Shown: positions 1 to 9,823 of the stretch, piece after piece | Layout of the letters: the number at the start of each line of letters is the position of its first letter | How positions within the stretch are numbered: position 1 is the stretch's first letter | Made by a program: the position numbers and the translations under genes | The notes under the pieces: generated by a model | The model's input: the letters and a program-made list of their open reading frames with translations, nothing else | What the model was told of the DNA's origin: nothing | Database searches by the model: none | Source: Babesia bigemina | Taxonomy: Eukaryota | Direction of reading: 5' to 3' | DNA: 64,000 bases | NCBI RefSeq assembly: GCF_000981445.1 | Contig: NC_027217.1 | Location: 1,736,001-1,800,000 of the forward strand

Positions 1-720
1 CATAATTATCACCGTGTAATTAGTAAATCTACGCGCATCTCTGTATATTGTGTTATGTAATAACGTGTGGCTTACATGGGCCTTTCGCGTTTACTAAAGT
101 GCCACCTTTAACGCTGGGACTGACATTTGACGGCGGCTCATATAGCCGTAGTTATATGATTCATGATGACTGTAGTCTTAAACCTACTTCAATAATCAGC
201 AAATTAATGCCATATCGTATTAGGCAAAACTGCATCACGTAAGTCTAGCGGTTGCTACGATAAAAGATTGAGTTGTTAGGTGCTACAAGCTACTTGTGTT
301 TAGGCACCTTACAATAGAAGGTGCTATGTAAAGCAGAAACGGGTATAACGCCGTATTCCGCCAGTCAAATGCGATACCTCATACACTGTATGACGTTTTA
401 AGAAATGTATCCTGTGCTTTACAGACCGCTGATCTTCATGCAACGCCTGCCCGCTCTACGCAGATGAAAATATGCGACGTTGGAACAAGAAGACACCGAA
501 CCGCGCCATGCAAAACACTACAAAGACAGCAGTAACTGTATTCGCCGTCACTCGACGGTAGCGATTCATGTGAAGAGGGTCGCGTCCCTTGCATCGGAGC
601 CCACCAGATGTCATTCAGTTGAAATGCACCATGGAGATCCACACGACGCTAATTCAATCAACAACCGGAATCAGCATCAGTTGTTTCAAGCTGAGTGTAC
701 GGCTGCCACGGCAATCCTAC

Positions 721-1437
721 TCAATTGAAAACCCAAAACCCGGCGAGGTTGTGGAGTATGGTAAATACACGTTCATCCACACGTCTCAAAGCCCTGTGTA
801 CGGGTGCATTCCTGTTGCTAGCTGGGCATTCTGAATCGTCAAAACCGACGGCCTTCAATACCTCTCCCATGCGCTCCTTGGCCGCGGAATCCGACTCATC
901 TTCGAGTGCTCCGGCGCTCGCAACCTGTAAAGAACGCAAGCCTGTGTACAACATAGGTGCAATTCCCACGAGTACGACTGCACAGGCTTCTGGGTTCTGC
1001 GCGCATGACGAATTCCACGTTGCACTTCGGGTGTAAGCGTCAGGATACTGCTTGTAGAGTTTGCTCTTTTTCAAGAACTTCTCACAACGGCCCACAACAT
1101 GAACTAAGTCCTTCGTCACACTGCTAGCACTGACCTCCGGGCTTTCATCGAGTGCGCCGGGCTTTTTGTTCATAGGCCTGGCCAGCCGATGTAGGAATTC
1201 TTTTACGAAAAACTGTTCGTTCAAACCTTCTTTGTCCAAGAACGTTTTGCAAATGTCGTGTACATTCTGGAGAGCTGTGGACGCTTCAACGCTAACATTA
1301 TCACTTTTGAACAATTGATAAACTGCCTCGCCCATACCCTTGAGGCTCTCGTCAGGGTACCTTCCTTTCAGGGCCAAGAGCCAATCAATGCCTTCCCTGA
1401 AATTGCGAGGAGCGTCAGTCAACGAATTGTGAGCCAT
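721..1437 (-). CDS. Short VESA-related (ves2-like) variant family protein, 238 aa
   Basis: The N-terminus MAHNSLTDAPRNFREGIDWLLALKG resembles the SLT..P.NLKE.IDW motif that opens Babesia VESA-family proteins. Also YPDAY..SATW..SC...PEACA...VGIAPMLY.GL. Clear paralog of 3221..3982. Confidence 0.8.
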   Translation of the reverse strand: MAHNSLTDAPRNFREGIDWLLALKGRYPDESLKGMGEAVYQLFKSDNVSVEASTALQNVHDICKTFLDKEGLNEQFFVKEFLHRLARPMNKKPGALDESPEVSASSVTKDLVHVVGRCEKFLKKSKLYKQYPDAYTRSATWNSSCAQNPEACAVVLVGIAPMLYTGLRSLQVASAGALEDESDSAAKERMGEVLKAVGFDDSECPASNRNAPVHRALRRVDERVFTILHNLAGFWVFN

Positions 1438-1666
1438 TTTATAGAGACTCGTTCAATCAAGCGGCTGACGTGAAGGTAGTTTTCGTTAATTTGCATGCCA
1501 GCTTTCAAACTGCTGTGTTAGCGGCTTATCAGCACAAATGACCTCGCCTTCTAAATCACGGGCGTTCAATTGACACATTCAATGCTGTATATACACCAAA
1601 TAGGTGGATTTCGGAAACACGGTGACAACCAGGTTGTAATAGCAGCCAGATCTATCCCATTAACCG

Positions 1667-1693
1667 GGCATGCAGTGTTCACAACGCATGTCA
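1667..1693. promoter_or_regulatory. Conserved upstream block containing GCATGC, ~230 nt 5' of ves-like gene 1
   Basis: ggcatgcagtgttcacaacgcatgtca is 23/27 identical to 4240-4266, which sits at a similar distance from the paralog's ATG. Confidence 0.4.
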
Positions 1694-3000
1694 ATGTAAT
1701 ATACAATATTCATACGAGAAAGGCACGTAGTTGGTTTTTCGGTGTAGATATTTTGCAAAGGACATCAGGGCTTATAAATCTTACGGTGGGTAGTGAGTAA
1801 CGTCGTTCATTATGCGCCGCTCCGTGACCGTCAAGGTGCAGAGTGCCCTGGCGGCATCTAGAATCTCTCACAAATATGGCCAAACAGTCCCTTAGCTAGT
1901 TACCACGGCGCTATTATCTCATTGATTGCCAAATAAATATGTGAATGTCTCTCCTACGATTACCCCTTCTGAGATCCTGACCTACAAAAGCGGTTGCTTG
2001 CCTCCATAATCCACTTATAACATGGTATTACTCCAGTGACTCACTAAAATGGTATTATGTGAACAAACTGGTCGAAATTTCTGAGACGCCATCAGTCATT
2101 TGATTAGTTTGTACAAGACTAGTGGGTATTTTAGGTACGCAGACTTGGCGAGTTAACACGTCACCGAAACATATGTAGCCCTAACCTGACACAGCACTAC
2201 CGTAATACAACGTATCACAAGCTAGCAAGCGAAACTTTGACTGCGATAATTATTATGTAGCATCAAGTAACTCAGAAGGATCGTCGGCGAAGTAGTCAAC
2301 GTCGTAGAGTCAAAGTATCTTCCGGCCTTTAGTAAGGCCTTGACGTCGATGCAGTGGAAGGCCTTGGAGCGGATAAGGTGCGAACGGACGTACAAGCCGT
2401 CTCGCCTGTGGAACGCGCCCTTGTAGCATACGATAAGGAGATAGAGTTCTGTATGCTGAGGCGTGACGCCTCTGACGTTGGGACTGCCGTCTGCCGGCGC
2501 TTCATGAAGCATGGCAGTTGCACGATTCATCAAACCTACAGCCGTATGACCCACCTCATAAACAGCAGCTCCATGCTGTACCGTCTAGGTAGAATGCGTT
2601 AATGTAAGTCAAGAGGCAACTACGATAAAGATTAAGCCTATAAGTGCTACGTGCTGAGATTAATACGCTTTGCACAAATGCAGGCTGCATTTCTGTGGCT
2701 ATCAAGCTACAAATCTAGTACAAAGCTGCACTGAGCCGTCACTCACCCGAGCCATAAGGCAGTAGGTAGCGTGATATTTAAGGTGAAGCCGTACATACAA
2801 CATTTGGCATGGCAAGATGAATGCATTCGACACAGTAACAACCAAGCAACGAATTACGCTATGAAAGCAACGATGTATAATATAAGGACTGTGTTCCATA
2901 ATTCATGAGCTTTATTGTGCATTAAAAGCGCATACATTTTCGTGGCCATCAACAGATTTCAAGATGATAAATGCGTGGTGAAAAGTCGTAAGACTGCCAC

Positions 3001-3231
3001 TCACTGCTCAGCGGATTCCTGCTGTTCTTGCTGTTCTTTCTGTTTCCTTTCCTTCTTCTTGCGGGCTTTCTTGGAAACCTTCTTGGCAGCTTTCTTGGCG
3101 TCCTTTACAGACCTTGCCACTTTAGCAGCCTTCGCAACCTTCATAGGCTGTTCAACCTCATCGACTTCAGGTTGCACAGGCTCGACGGTGTGATTGTTAA
3201 ACAGCTTTTGCAGAATCCCATCAATGGTCAA
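3001..3231 (-). other. Acidic/Lys-rich coding segment, probable frameshifted C-terminal tail of the 3221..3982 gene
   Basis: Protein-like low-complexity sequence VEPVQPEVDEVEQP-KVAKAAK...KKARKKKERKQKEQQEQQ. It begins at a TTG, has no ATG at its 5' end, and overlaps the upstream stop in a frame offset by 1 nt. Confidence 0.5.
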
Positions 3232-3982
3232 TCCAGAATTCGGCTAGGGTACCCAACGTGCCTAATTCATCTATTCCTATGCCTCTCAACGCATTGACGA
3301 CTTCTAAACGACTCAAGCTAGAGCGGCAATCTGGGTTTACGTAACGCATAGCGTTCAATATATCTTCCAATTCTTTTCTTGCCTTATCCGGTGTCAGTCT
3401 AAAGGCAGATTCATCGGTCGCATCCCACAAAGACATTAGTCCTGCATATAGCATCGGCGTGATTCCCACAAAGATCGCGGCGCAATCCTCCGGTTTCGTC
3501 GAACACGACGCATCCCATGTCGCTTTAGAACTGTAAGCTGACTTGTACTGGGCAGGTACGTTGATATTTCTCAGGAACGTATTACAACCATCCACTGACT
3601 TAGCTAATTTAGTTAAGATATTTTCACCAGTGATACCCCAGTTGTTTTCGATTTGTCTACCACCGTTTTCGCCGACACTTTGAAAGAACCTTGCGAAGAA
3701 ATCGGATTTTTGGTTCTTAGGCCTATTGAATCTCTCCAGCATCGGTTTTACTATACGCCGATCTTTAAGTCCCTCTTGCCCCAAAAATTTTTTAACATTG
3801 AGTTTAACTTGTTGGAAAGCTGGCAACTGGCAAGCACCAGCCGGCTTGTGTGCGAGAAAGTTGAAAACTGCGTCACTGATGGCTTTCAAGTTACTTTCGA
3901 AACCAGTTCGCTTAAGGGCTACCAACCAATCAATACCCTCTCTAAAATCCCGAGGGACGTCAGTCAACGAATTGTACACCAT
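3221..3982 (-). CDS. Short VESA-related (ves2-like) variant family protein, 253 aa, paralog 2
   Basis: MVYNSLTDVPRDFREGIDWLVALK ... YKSAYSSKATWDASCSTKPEDCAAIFVGITPMLYAGL ... LAEFW. Collinear with 721..1437 over its whole length. Confidence 0.8.
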   Translation of the reverse strand: MVYNSLTDVPRDFREGIDWLVALKRTGFESNLKAISDAVFNFLAHKPAGACQLPAFQQVKLNVKKFLGQEGLKDRRIVKPMLERFNRPKNQKSDFFARFFQSVGENGGRQIENNWGITGENILTKLAKSVDGCNTFLRNINVPAQYKSAYSSKATWDASCSTKPEDCAAIFVGITPMLYAGLMSLWDATDESAFRLTPDKARKELEDILNAMRYVNPDCRSSLSRLEVVNALRGIGIDELGTLGTLAEFWIDH

Positions 3983-4239
3983 TTTTATAATGATATGCTA
4001 AAATATGCAGTCAATATGCCTGTATGATTTGTGTCTAATAGCTAATAACCCGCTTCTACAATCATCAGCGTACAACGCCGGATATGTATTGACCGCCGAT
4101 GCGCACAACAGTAGTATTGACACCTATACCTTCGCGTATTAATTATTGCTACGAAGGGGTCGGTACGGCGTGTAGGAGAAATACGGAGACGCAATTACAA
4201 TCGCGATACCCCATCTCAGCCCCTCCATAGCACTAATCT

Positions 4240-4266
4240 GGCATGCGGTATTTACAACGCACGTCA
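4240..4266. promoter_or_regulatory. Conserved upstream block containing GCATGC, ~260 nt 5' of ves-like gene 2
   Basis: ggcatgcggtatttacaacgcacgtca, the counterpart of 1667-1693. Confidence 0.4.
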
Positions 4267-5761
4267 TTATCATATGCAACTTTACGAAAGTTCTTAGACG
4301 CGCGAAACATGAAAACTTTAACGGTGTTCACAACGATGCGTAGACGTTGGTAATGTCAAGATGGGTTACGTGTAGTAAGTTATAGTGCGATGACCTTTCG
4401 CCGGACCTGCTTAACAACACACCAAAACGATGAAAAGGAATGAAAACACTCTGTACATCTTCTACCGTGATAATCACTGTCTTGTGCTGTATGTGGTTGC
4501 GTCACTTTTTGTTTCGAGCGTTCCTCGGCTAATAACAGCTACACGTTGAGTCACCTTACCCATAAATGAGGTCTTGTATCAGCGGGTTTTACGACGCTTT
4601 GCGCATAACATCCGACGGATATTTCCAGCACTACAGCTTCATATTAGACTAATAAATGTTTGTTTACCTGCCCATTATGCTTAGGATTTAAACCGGTGCG
4701 CCGATTTGAGCCCTAATGGTCCAGCTTTTATCCCCATGACATCCCAATGAACGTGACTGCTCAACCACGCGTCAGACGGTCTGGCAGGGCCCCGCATTCC
4801 ATAAAGTGCAGCGACACAAGCGATTTCTAACTGCGATTGTCTCCGTTCAATTAGCGATACCTTTCGGAAGTCCAGATTAGCTGGCATTTCAATTGAAGGT
4901 AACTATATAGCCTCATTTCATTTCTCATGTGCCATATATCCAACTGAATAAGATCGTAATTCATGTTCAGAAGGTAACCGTATATCGGAATATTTACTAC
5001 AAATATTCTGACCTTTGTCTGGCAACCCCGCCCTCATTCGGGTTCTTACTGGACATACAGGTGGGATGTTATATACCCACATAATGACTTCTGACCAACA
5101 TAGCTGATGTTCAATGACGCTGCTGTGATAAAATGTGAATCCAACATATGTGCCTGCAACATCCTTGATACCCACGTATTGGTATGTTAGCCCTCCCATC
5201 CTATCCGGCCTTGAGCTGTCACTATGTTCAATGGGAGTTAAAAGCTGGTATTTTGCAAAAACCACTATGGTTCATTGTAGTATTATAGAGAATATTGTGT
5301 GGCTCTCTGTTAAGGTTTGATGAGCAAACCAATTCACCTCAGCATATACTAGTACGGCTGCTCCAATGTGAGCAGCCACTGCACCATGGTCACATATCAA
5401 CATCAGTGGATTTGCTGAACTAGAGTGACAGGTCGCACATATCATGCATTTTGCGTGTATATGACATTGCGGAAATTCTGATCCGTGAAAATATAAGGAG
5501 CCGTCCGCACCGCAGCATCTTGATTTAGGTCGTACAACAAAAGTTAGTACCCTTTTTATAATTCATGTTAATTTAATGGTAGATGGGGATTTGCACTAAT
5601 TATAAATAGATGTGTTAACCCAAGAAGATTTTCAATTCGAGACAGACGTAAGCATTTAGGATCCTTAACGGTAACTTCCTCTGATGTCATCAGACACCAA
5701 CACGAACTATGACAATTAAAGTCGTTCATTGCTAAATGGGTTACCGGATCCCATCTACCCA

Positions 5762-8641
5762 TTACTTGGCGTAGTAGTTTTCGATCTGGATGGTGGACAG
5801 GACGATGCCCTTGATGGTTACGCAGCGACACTCCAACGGCGGCGTCTGGCGAAGCATATCGCCAGCTCCTACGAGTTCTCTGTCGAACCGCAAAGTAACG
5901 AAGTGGTTGGAATGTGACGCTACCAGAGACCGGCTGATGTCACTTAAGTTCTTCACTTCACCATCCACGGAGACTTGTTCAAAGCAGTTGGGTGGGTCCA
6001 GGACGTACGGTACTGGGCAGTAGAACGCTGCCTCACCCGCAGTCTGAAGGTCTATCTTGCAACCAAACTGAGACTGTGCGTCCGCATCATAGATTTGGGG
6101 TGTTTCAGGCTTGAACAACTCATCCGATGAGGACGTAACACCGCAGCCCTGCATGTACGGGTCAGTGGTCTTGACCGCAACCTCAACGACATGCCATGTA
6201 TATCTGGCGAAAGATACTGTCGTTCTATAGAACTCTTGCCTTGATAAGTCAGACGGGGATACGTCACCAGTGCTGATGGACAAGTCAAAGGGTTCGGGAG
6301 CTTTACCGCATACGAATGCCATGGGTATGTACTTCGTGTTCTTTGGATCCTTCGATACTATGATGCCTCTCTTATTCGATATCATCATCAGAATGTGATA
6401 CCAAGGCCTCCTGTCAATCTCCTGAAATTTGACTTCCAGGTCGCCTGGGGTGGTAGCGACCGCATCTTCGTACCTCTTGCGAATAAGCTGGCGTCCATGT
6501 GTAGTTTCATTGACAGTATAATAGAAAACATCGGGTTGCATGGGCAGCCATGTGGTTGTAATATACCCAATGTTTGCACCGTTCGGAACGTAGGGATCAA
6601 ATACACAAGTCATGGACAACGTTGTGCCAGCATGTACAACAACTGACTTTGGATGTATGTTATGTAGTATAAGAGATTTTGGTGACGTGAGCCATTCAGT
6701 GGAAAATCCTGCGTCGCGCCAGGGGAGTAAAATGTAAGGGAGTAACGTGTGAACTGGCGCTTCGCGACGCACTGTGTAGACGTGTCTGTCGTGACGGTTA
6801 GATTCCAAAACGAGCCTTGATTTCTCATACCCATGTTCGTCCACGCATATACACGCATAGCTGAGAGGGGCGTTGTTTATAAAGGCAAATTCAAACACTT
6901 GAAAGCCTCGGATTGATTGCGACACCGCCTTACGTACAGATGCAGCGTACGGCATCACCTTATTGTAGTGTAAATCGTACAGCACGGAGTCACAATTGTC
7001 CGGTAACAACTCCTCATCAGGTCCGCAGTAGATACCAGCCTGCTTATCATCCCTCACAATATGTAATGAGCACTCATACGTATCCCCTATACCGTTCCTC
7101 ATTCGTCTGGTCGAACAGTAATTCCTGCTTGCATATTGATCAAATACACCCGGTGTACTTCGGTCGCAACCAATGATCTTGTATATATGGGTAAATGCGA
7201 AAGAAACATTCACGATTGCAAAAATCCTATCCAAGACGTACATATTTTTCGAACCCAGCGTCCAATGATAAAAGAACGAGTTGTGTCCCTGTATTAATGC
7301 GAGAGGTTTGTCTGAACGGTAAGTCAGCTTCACCAATCCTTTATTCATTTGTGAAACATCCAAGTCGAGCGCATCGCCAGCAAGGACTCTGTGATATGAT
7401 GTTTCAGTGTAAACATCAAGGTCATCAAGCGTTTTCAGCTGCCGCAGCGTGGTCAAGTCATTGGGCATGAATTCAGTTACGTATTCATAGATGAATGGCA
7501 GTTGAGAAAATGGCACACTCGAAACATCTTCGTCGATATCTATGTTGTGATCATCTCTCATAGAAATCGGGTTTACGGGCTGTGTTGGGACCTTTATGGT
7601 TAATGTGCTGCCTGGATGAAGTGCTACCGAACACCAAGCGCCACGAATCGGGCGTACACGGTCGCGGAAGATGTTGGTAGTAATGTCACAGAGGTACTCC
7701 GTCTTGGGACGAATCTCCATCCGGGCCGTAACTTTCCCTGTGTTGGGATCTTTGCATCTGCATTCGCCGTGGAAAGGGGGCAGAACTAGGTCATTAAAGT
7801 ATCGCGCTACCACCCAAGGTTGGTAGTTATCATAATTCCAATAATAATAGGGTAAAGGTGCGTCCACCACGTCATCGTTGACCAACAGCCGTCTCATGCA
7901 ATCTACCGGCTCTATTCGGCCCTCACAGAGGAAACCTATACGAAACGTCGACATAGGGTCAGCCACGCATGAACGAATGCCAGTTACGGGATCCACCGTC
8001 ACCTCACTATCATTGAATAATGGTGAGGGGCTACTCCCACAGCCGTGAAGAGGCAGATGAAGGAGCCCCCTGTTAATATAAAACACTCCCAAACCCTTCC
8101 CTATTTCCCTTATCTCCTTATTTAATAGTGTGGATGAGCCCCATGGCAGTGATTGCATTTGTCCATAGCCATCGAGGCGATGAAGGCGACGTTGCAACGC
8201 ATCACTCAAAACCAGATCTTTTGGTCCACAGATAAAGATCAGTCGATGATCGGTGATTGAATATATATCGTAAATTGGAAAGTTGACTGTAAGTTTCGTT
8301 TGCGACGCATCGGAGTCGAAACCGATGAGTGCGGTGTTGTACTCACTGCGCACCACATCTGTAAAAATGACGGAACGAAACTTGCCGTTACCATAGACGT
8401 AAGTGTTGATATGAGATTGACCATCCGACATTGGTTGAGGATGCCATACATACTCGGTATCTTGGACGCGGCGTGGGCATATAATGGTTGCGGAGCCTAT
8501 TAGATCAATATTCATATGGCACCGAACGAGGGCATTGTTGCTGAGTAGGTCTGCTGGAACTCCGAAATCGCAACGCAGTGCATACATACTTCTAAGGTAA
8601 TGCAGCAACATTATACAAACCATAAAAACTCCTCTCATCAT
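5762..8641 (-). CDS. 6-Cys (s48/45 domain) family secreted/surface protein, 959 aa
   Basis: Hydrophobic signal-peptide-like N-terminus. Repeated s48/45 signatures, e.g. the C-terminal MQGCG...GCKID...AAFYCP...DPPNCF...LECRC, with similar blocks upstream (HGCG...GFLCEG.IEP.DC...ECRC; IGCD...GIYCG...LPDNC...ACIC). Confidence 0.85.
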   Translation of the reverse strand: MMRGVFMVCIMLLHYLRSMYALRCDFGVPADLLSNNALVRCHMNIDLIGSATIICPRRVQDTEYVWHPQPMSDGQSHINTYVYGNGKFRSVIFTDVVRSEYNTALIGFDSDASQTKLTVNFPIYDIYSITDHRLIFICGPKDLVLSDALQRRLHRLDGYGQMQSLPWGSSTLLNKEIREIGKGLGVFYINRGLLHLPLHGCGSSPSPLFNDSEVTVDPVTGIRSCVADPMSTFRIGFLCEGRIEPVDCMRRLLVNDDVVDAPLPYYYWNYDNYQPWVVARYFNDLVLPPFHGECRCKDPNTGKVTARMEIRPKTEYLCDITTNIFRDRVRPIRGAWCSVALHPGSTLTIKVPTQPVNPISMRDDHNIDIDEDVSSVPFSQLPFIYEYVTEFMPNDLTTLRQLKTLDDLDVYTETSYHRVLAGDALDLDVSQMNKGLVKLTYRSDKPLALIQGHNSFFYHWTLGSKNMYVLDRIFAIVNVSFAFTHIYKIIGCDRSTPGVFDQYASRNYCSTRRMRNGIGDTYECSLHIVRDDKQAGIYCGPDEELLPDNCDSVLYDLHYNKVMPYAASVRKAVSQSIRGFQVFEFAFINNAPLSYACICVDEHGYEKSRLVLESNRHDRHVYTVRREAPVHTLLPYILLPWRDAGFSTEWLTSPKSLILHNIHPKSVVVHAGTTLSMTCVFDPYVPNGANIGYITTTWLPMQPDVFYYTVNETTHGRQLIRKRYEDAVATTPGDLEVKFQEIDRRPWYHILMMISNKRGIIVSKDPKNTKYIPMAFVCGKAPEPFDLSISTGDVSPSDLSRQEFYRTTVSFARYTWHVVEVAVKTTDPYMQGCGVTSSSDELFKPETPQIYDADAQSQFGCKIDLQTAGEAAFYCPVPYVLDPPNCFEQVSVDGEVKNLSDISRSLVASHSNHFVTLRFDRELVGAGDMLRQTPPLECRCVTIKGIVLSTIQIENYYAK

Positions 8642-9823
8642 GTGGCAGTTGTCCTCGTAATTTGTTCAAATGCGTCGGCTAATATCTAACGCAGCGCCTT
8701 TATTTGCAGCTGTTCTCCCATTTAGCCCATTACAAATAAGTCAAAATATATTAAAATTAGTAGAAACACCGCGAGGATGAGCGATGCTATGTTATGGACT
8801 GCAACAACCGTATACATATTGCAGCAGTTGTCTGGCTTGTTGCCTAGGAATTTCCCTTCACGGCTGCAAGGTCAATAACCGGTGAATGTAGCGGGCAAAT
8901 GTGACGATATAGCTCATATTAAAATTAAAGATAATAATTTAATACGCCTAACAGTGAACAGGCTGATCACGGAGGCATCCTAGTACCAGACCGCCGAGCA
9001 AAAGTGACTGGACGTCGTCACGTCTGTGCAGCACACTATCCACACTTTGGATATCATGAGCCACAGAAACGATTTAGGAAACTACACGATTACCACCGGT
9101 CGTAAATTTCTTGAAAACACGTTAAGAGAAACCCATTATGAATGGTACATCCCCCGGATTCCGAACGGCAGACTACGCTTAGGTGGTGATTTAGCTTGTA
9201 AAGTGAGAGACTTAAATCTTATTTAAGGTTTAAAAGCGGGATTAGCCGTATGCATAGACCTGTCGCTTGGCATTCCATGCGAAATGGAGCAAAGATATGG
9301 AACCTCGGGCAACGGCATTTTAACAGACTTTCAACAACCGGAACTACTAAAGGAACAACTTAAGTGGACTATTACTATATTTTCATGTATCCTATGCAAC
9401 ACCGTCTACCTCGTCTACCCATTTCATATGTTGTAACAATACGAAGCCTCATCAAACTTAGGATGTGAAGTTTCAAAATTTCTATCATTTACGCAAAGAA
9501 CATACCCTTATAAGCTGACCTATTATCACAAATATAGGGAATGAGTGGGACAAAGTCGCAATGGCCGGTTGCCATTAAATCATCAAGGCTGAATGCTACT
9601 GATTAAGACCATGCCCAAGCACCGGGAGCTCTACACCTCCTTAACTCGATTAGCAGTGTAATAAGTATCGTAAAATACGACATGTTGAACTTTGGGGGAT
9701 GGAAAAATGTCTTATGCAGTTGACAGATGCGAACTATCATCTTACTGGGCGGCAACTTGGCAATGACATCTCGCTTACAAGTAACACGTATACAATAAGT
9801 TACATTGAGAGAGTAGTCCGATA

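Larger units (their letters stand above)
100..4300. repeat. Degenerate tandem duplication, ~2.4-2.6 kb period, each unit with a ves-like gene plus flanks
   Basis: Collinear non-coding matches: acgctgggactgac (~111) vs acgttgggactgcc (~2475); ctacgataaaagattgag..gtgctac (~255) vs ctacgataaagattaag..gtgctac (~2620); gccgtcactc (~545 vs ~2735); tttcaagctga vs tttcaagatga; and a 23/27 nt block at 1667 vs 4240. Boundaries are approximate. Confidence 0.75.

Noticed and set aside
2222..2602. Overlapping short ORFs on both strands in a GC-richer patch
   Set aside because: Part of the patch aligns with the non-coding flank of the duplicated unit (~100-240), where no convincing matching gene is present. 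No motif.
4681..5320. Short ORFs between the ves-like gene and the 6-Cys gene, as a possible 6-Cys relic
   Set aside because: No convincing Cys spacing or alignment to the neighbouring gene by eye.
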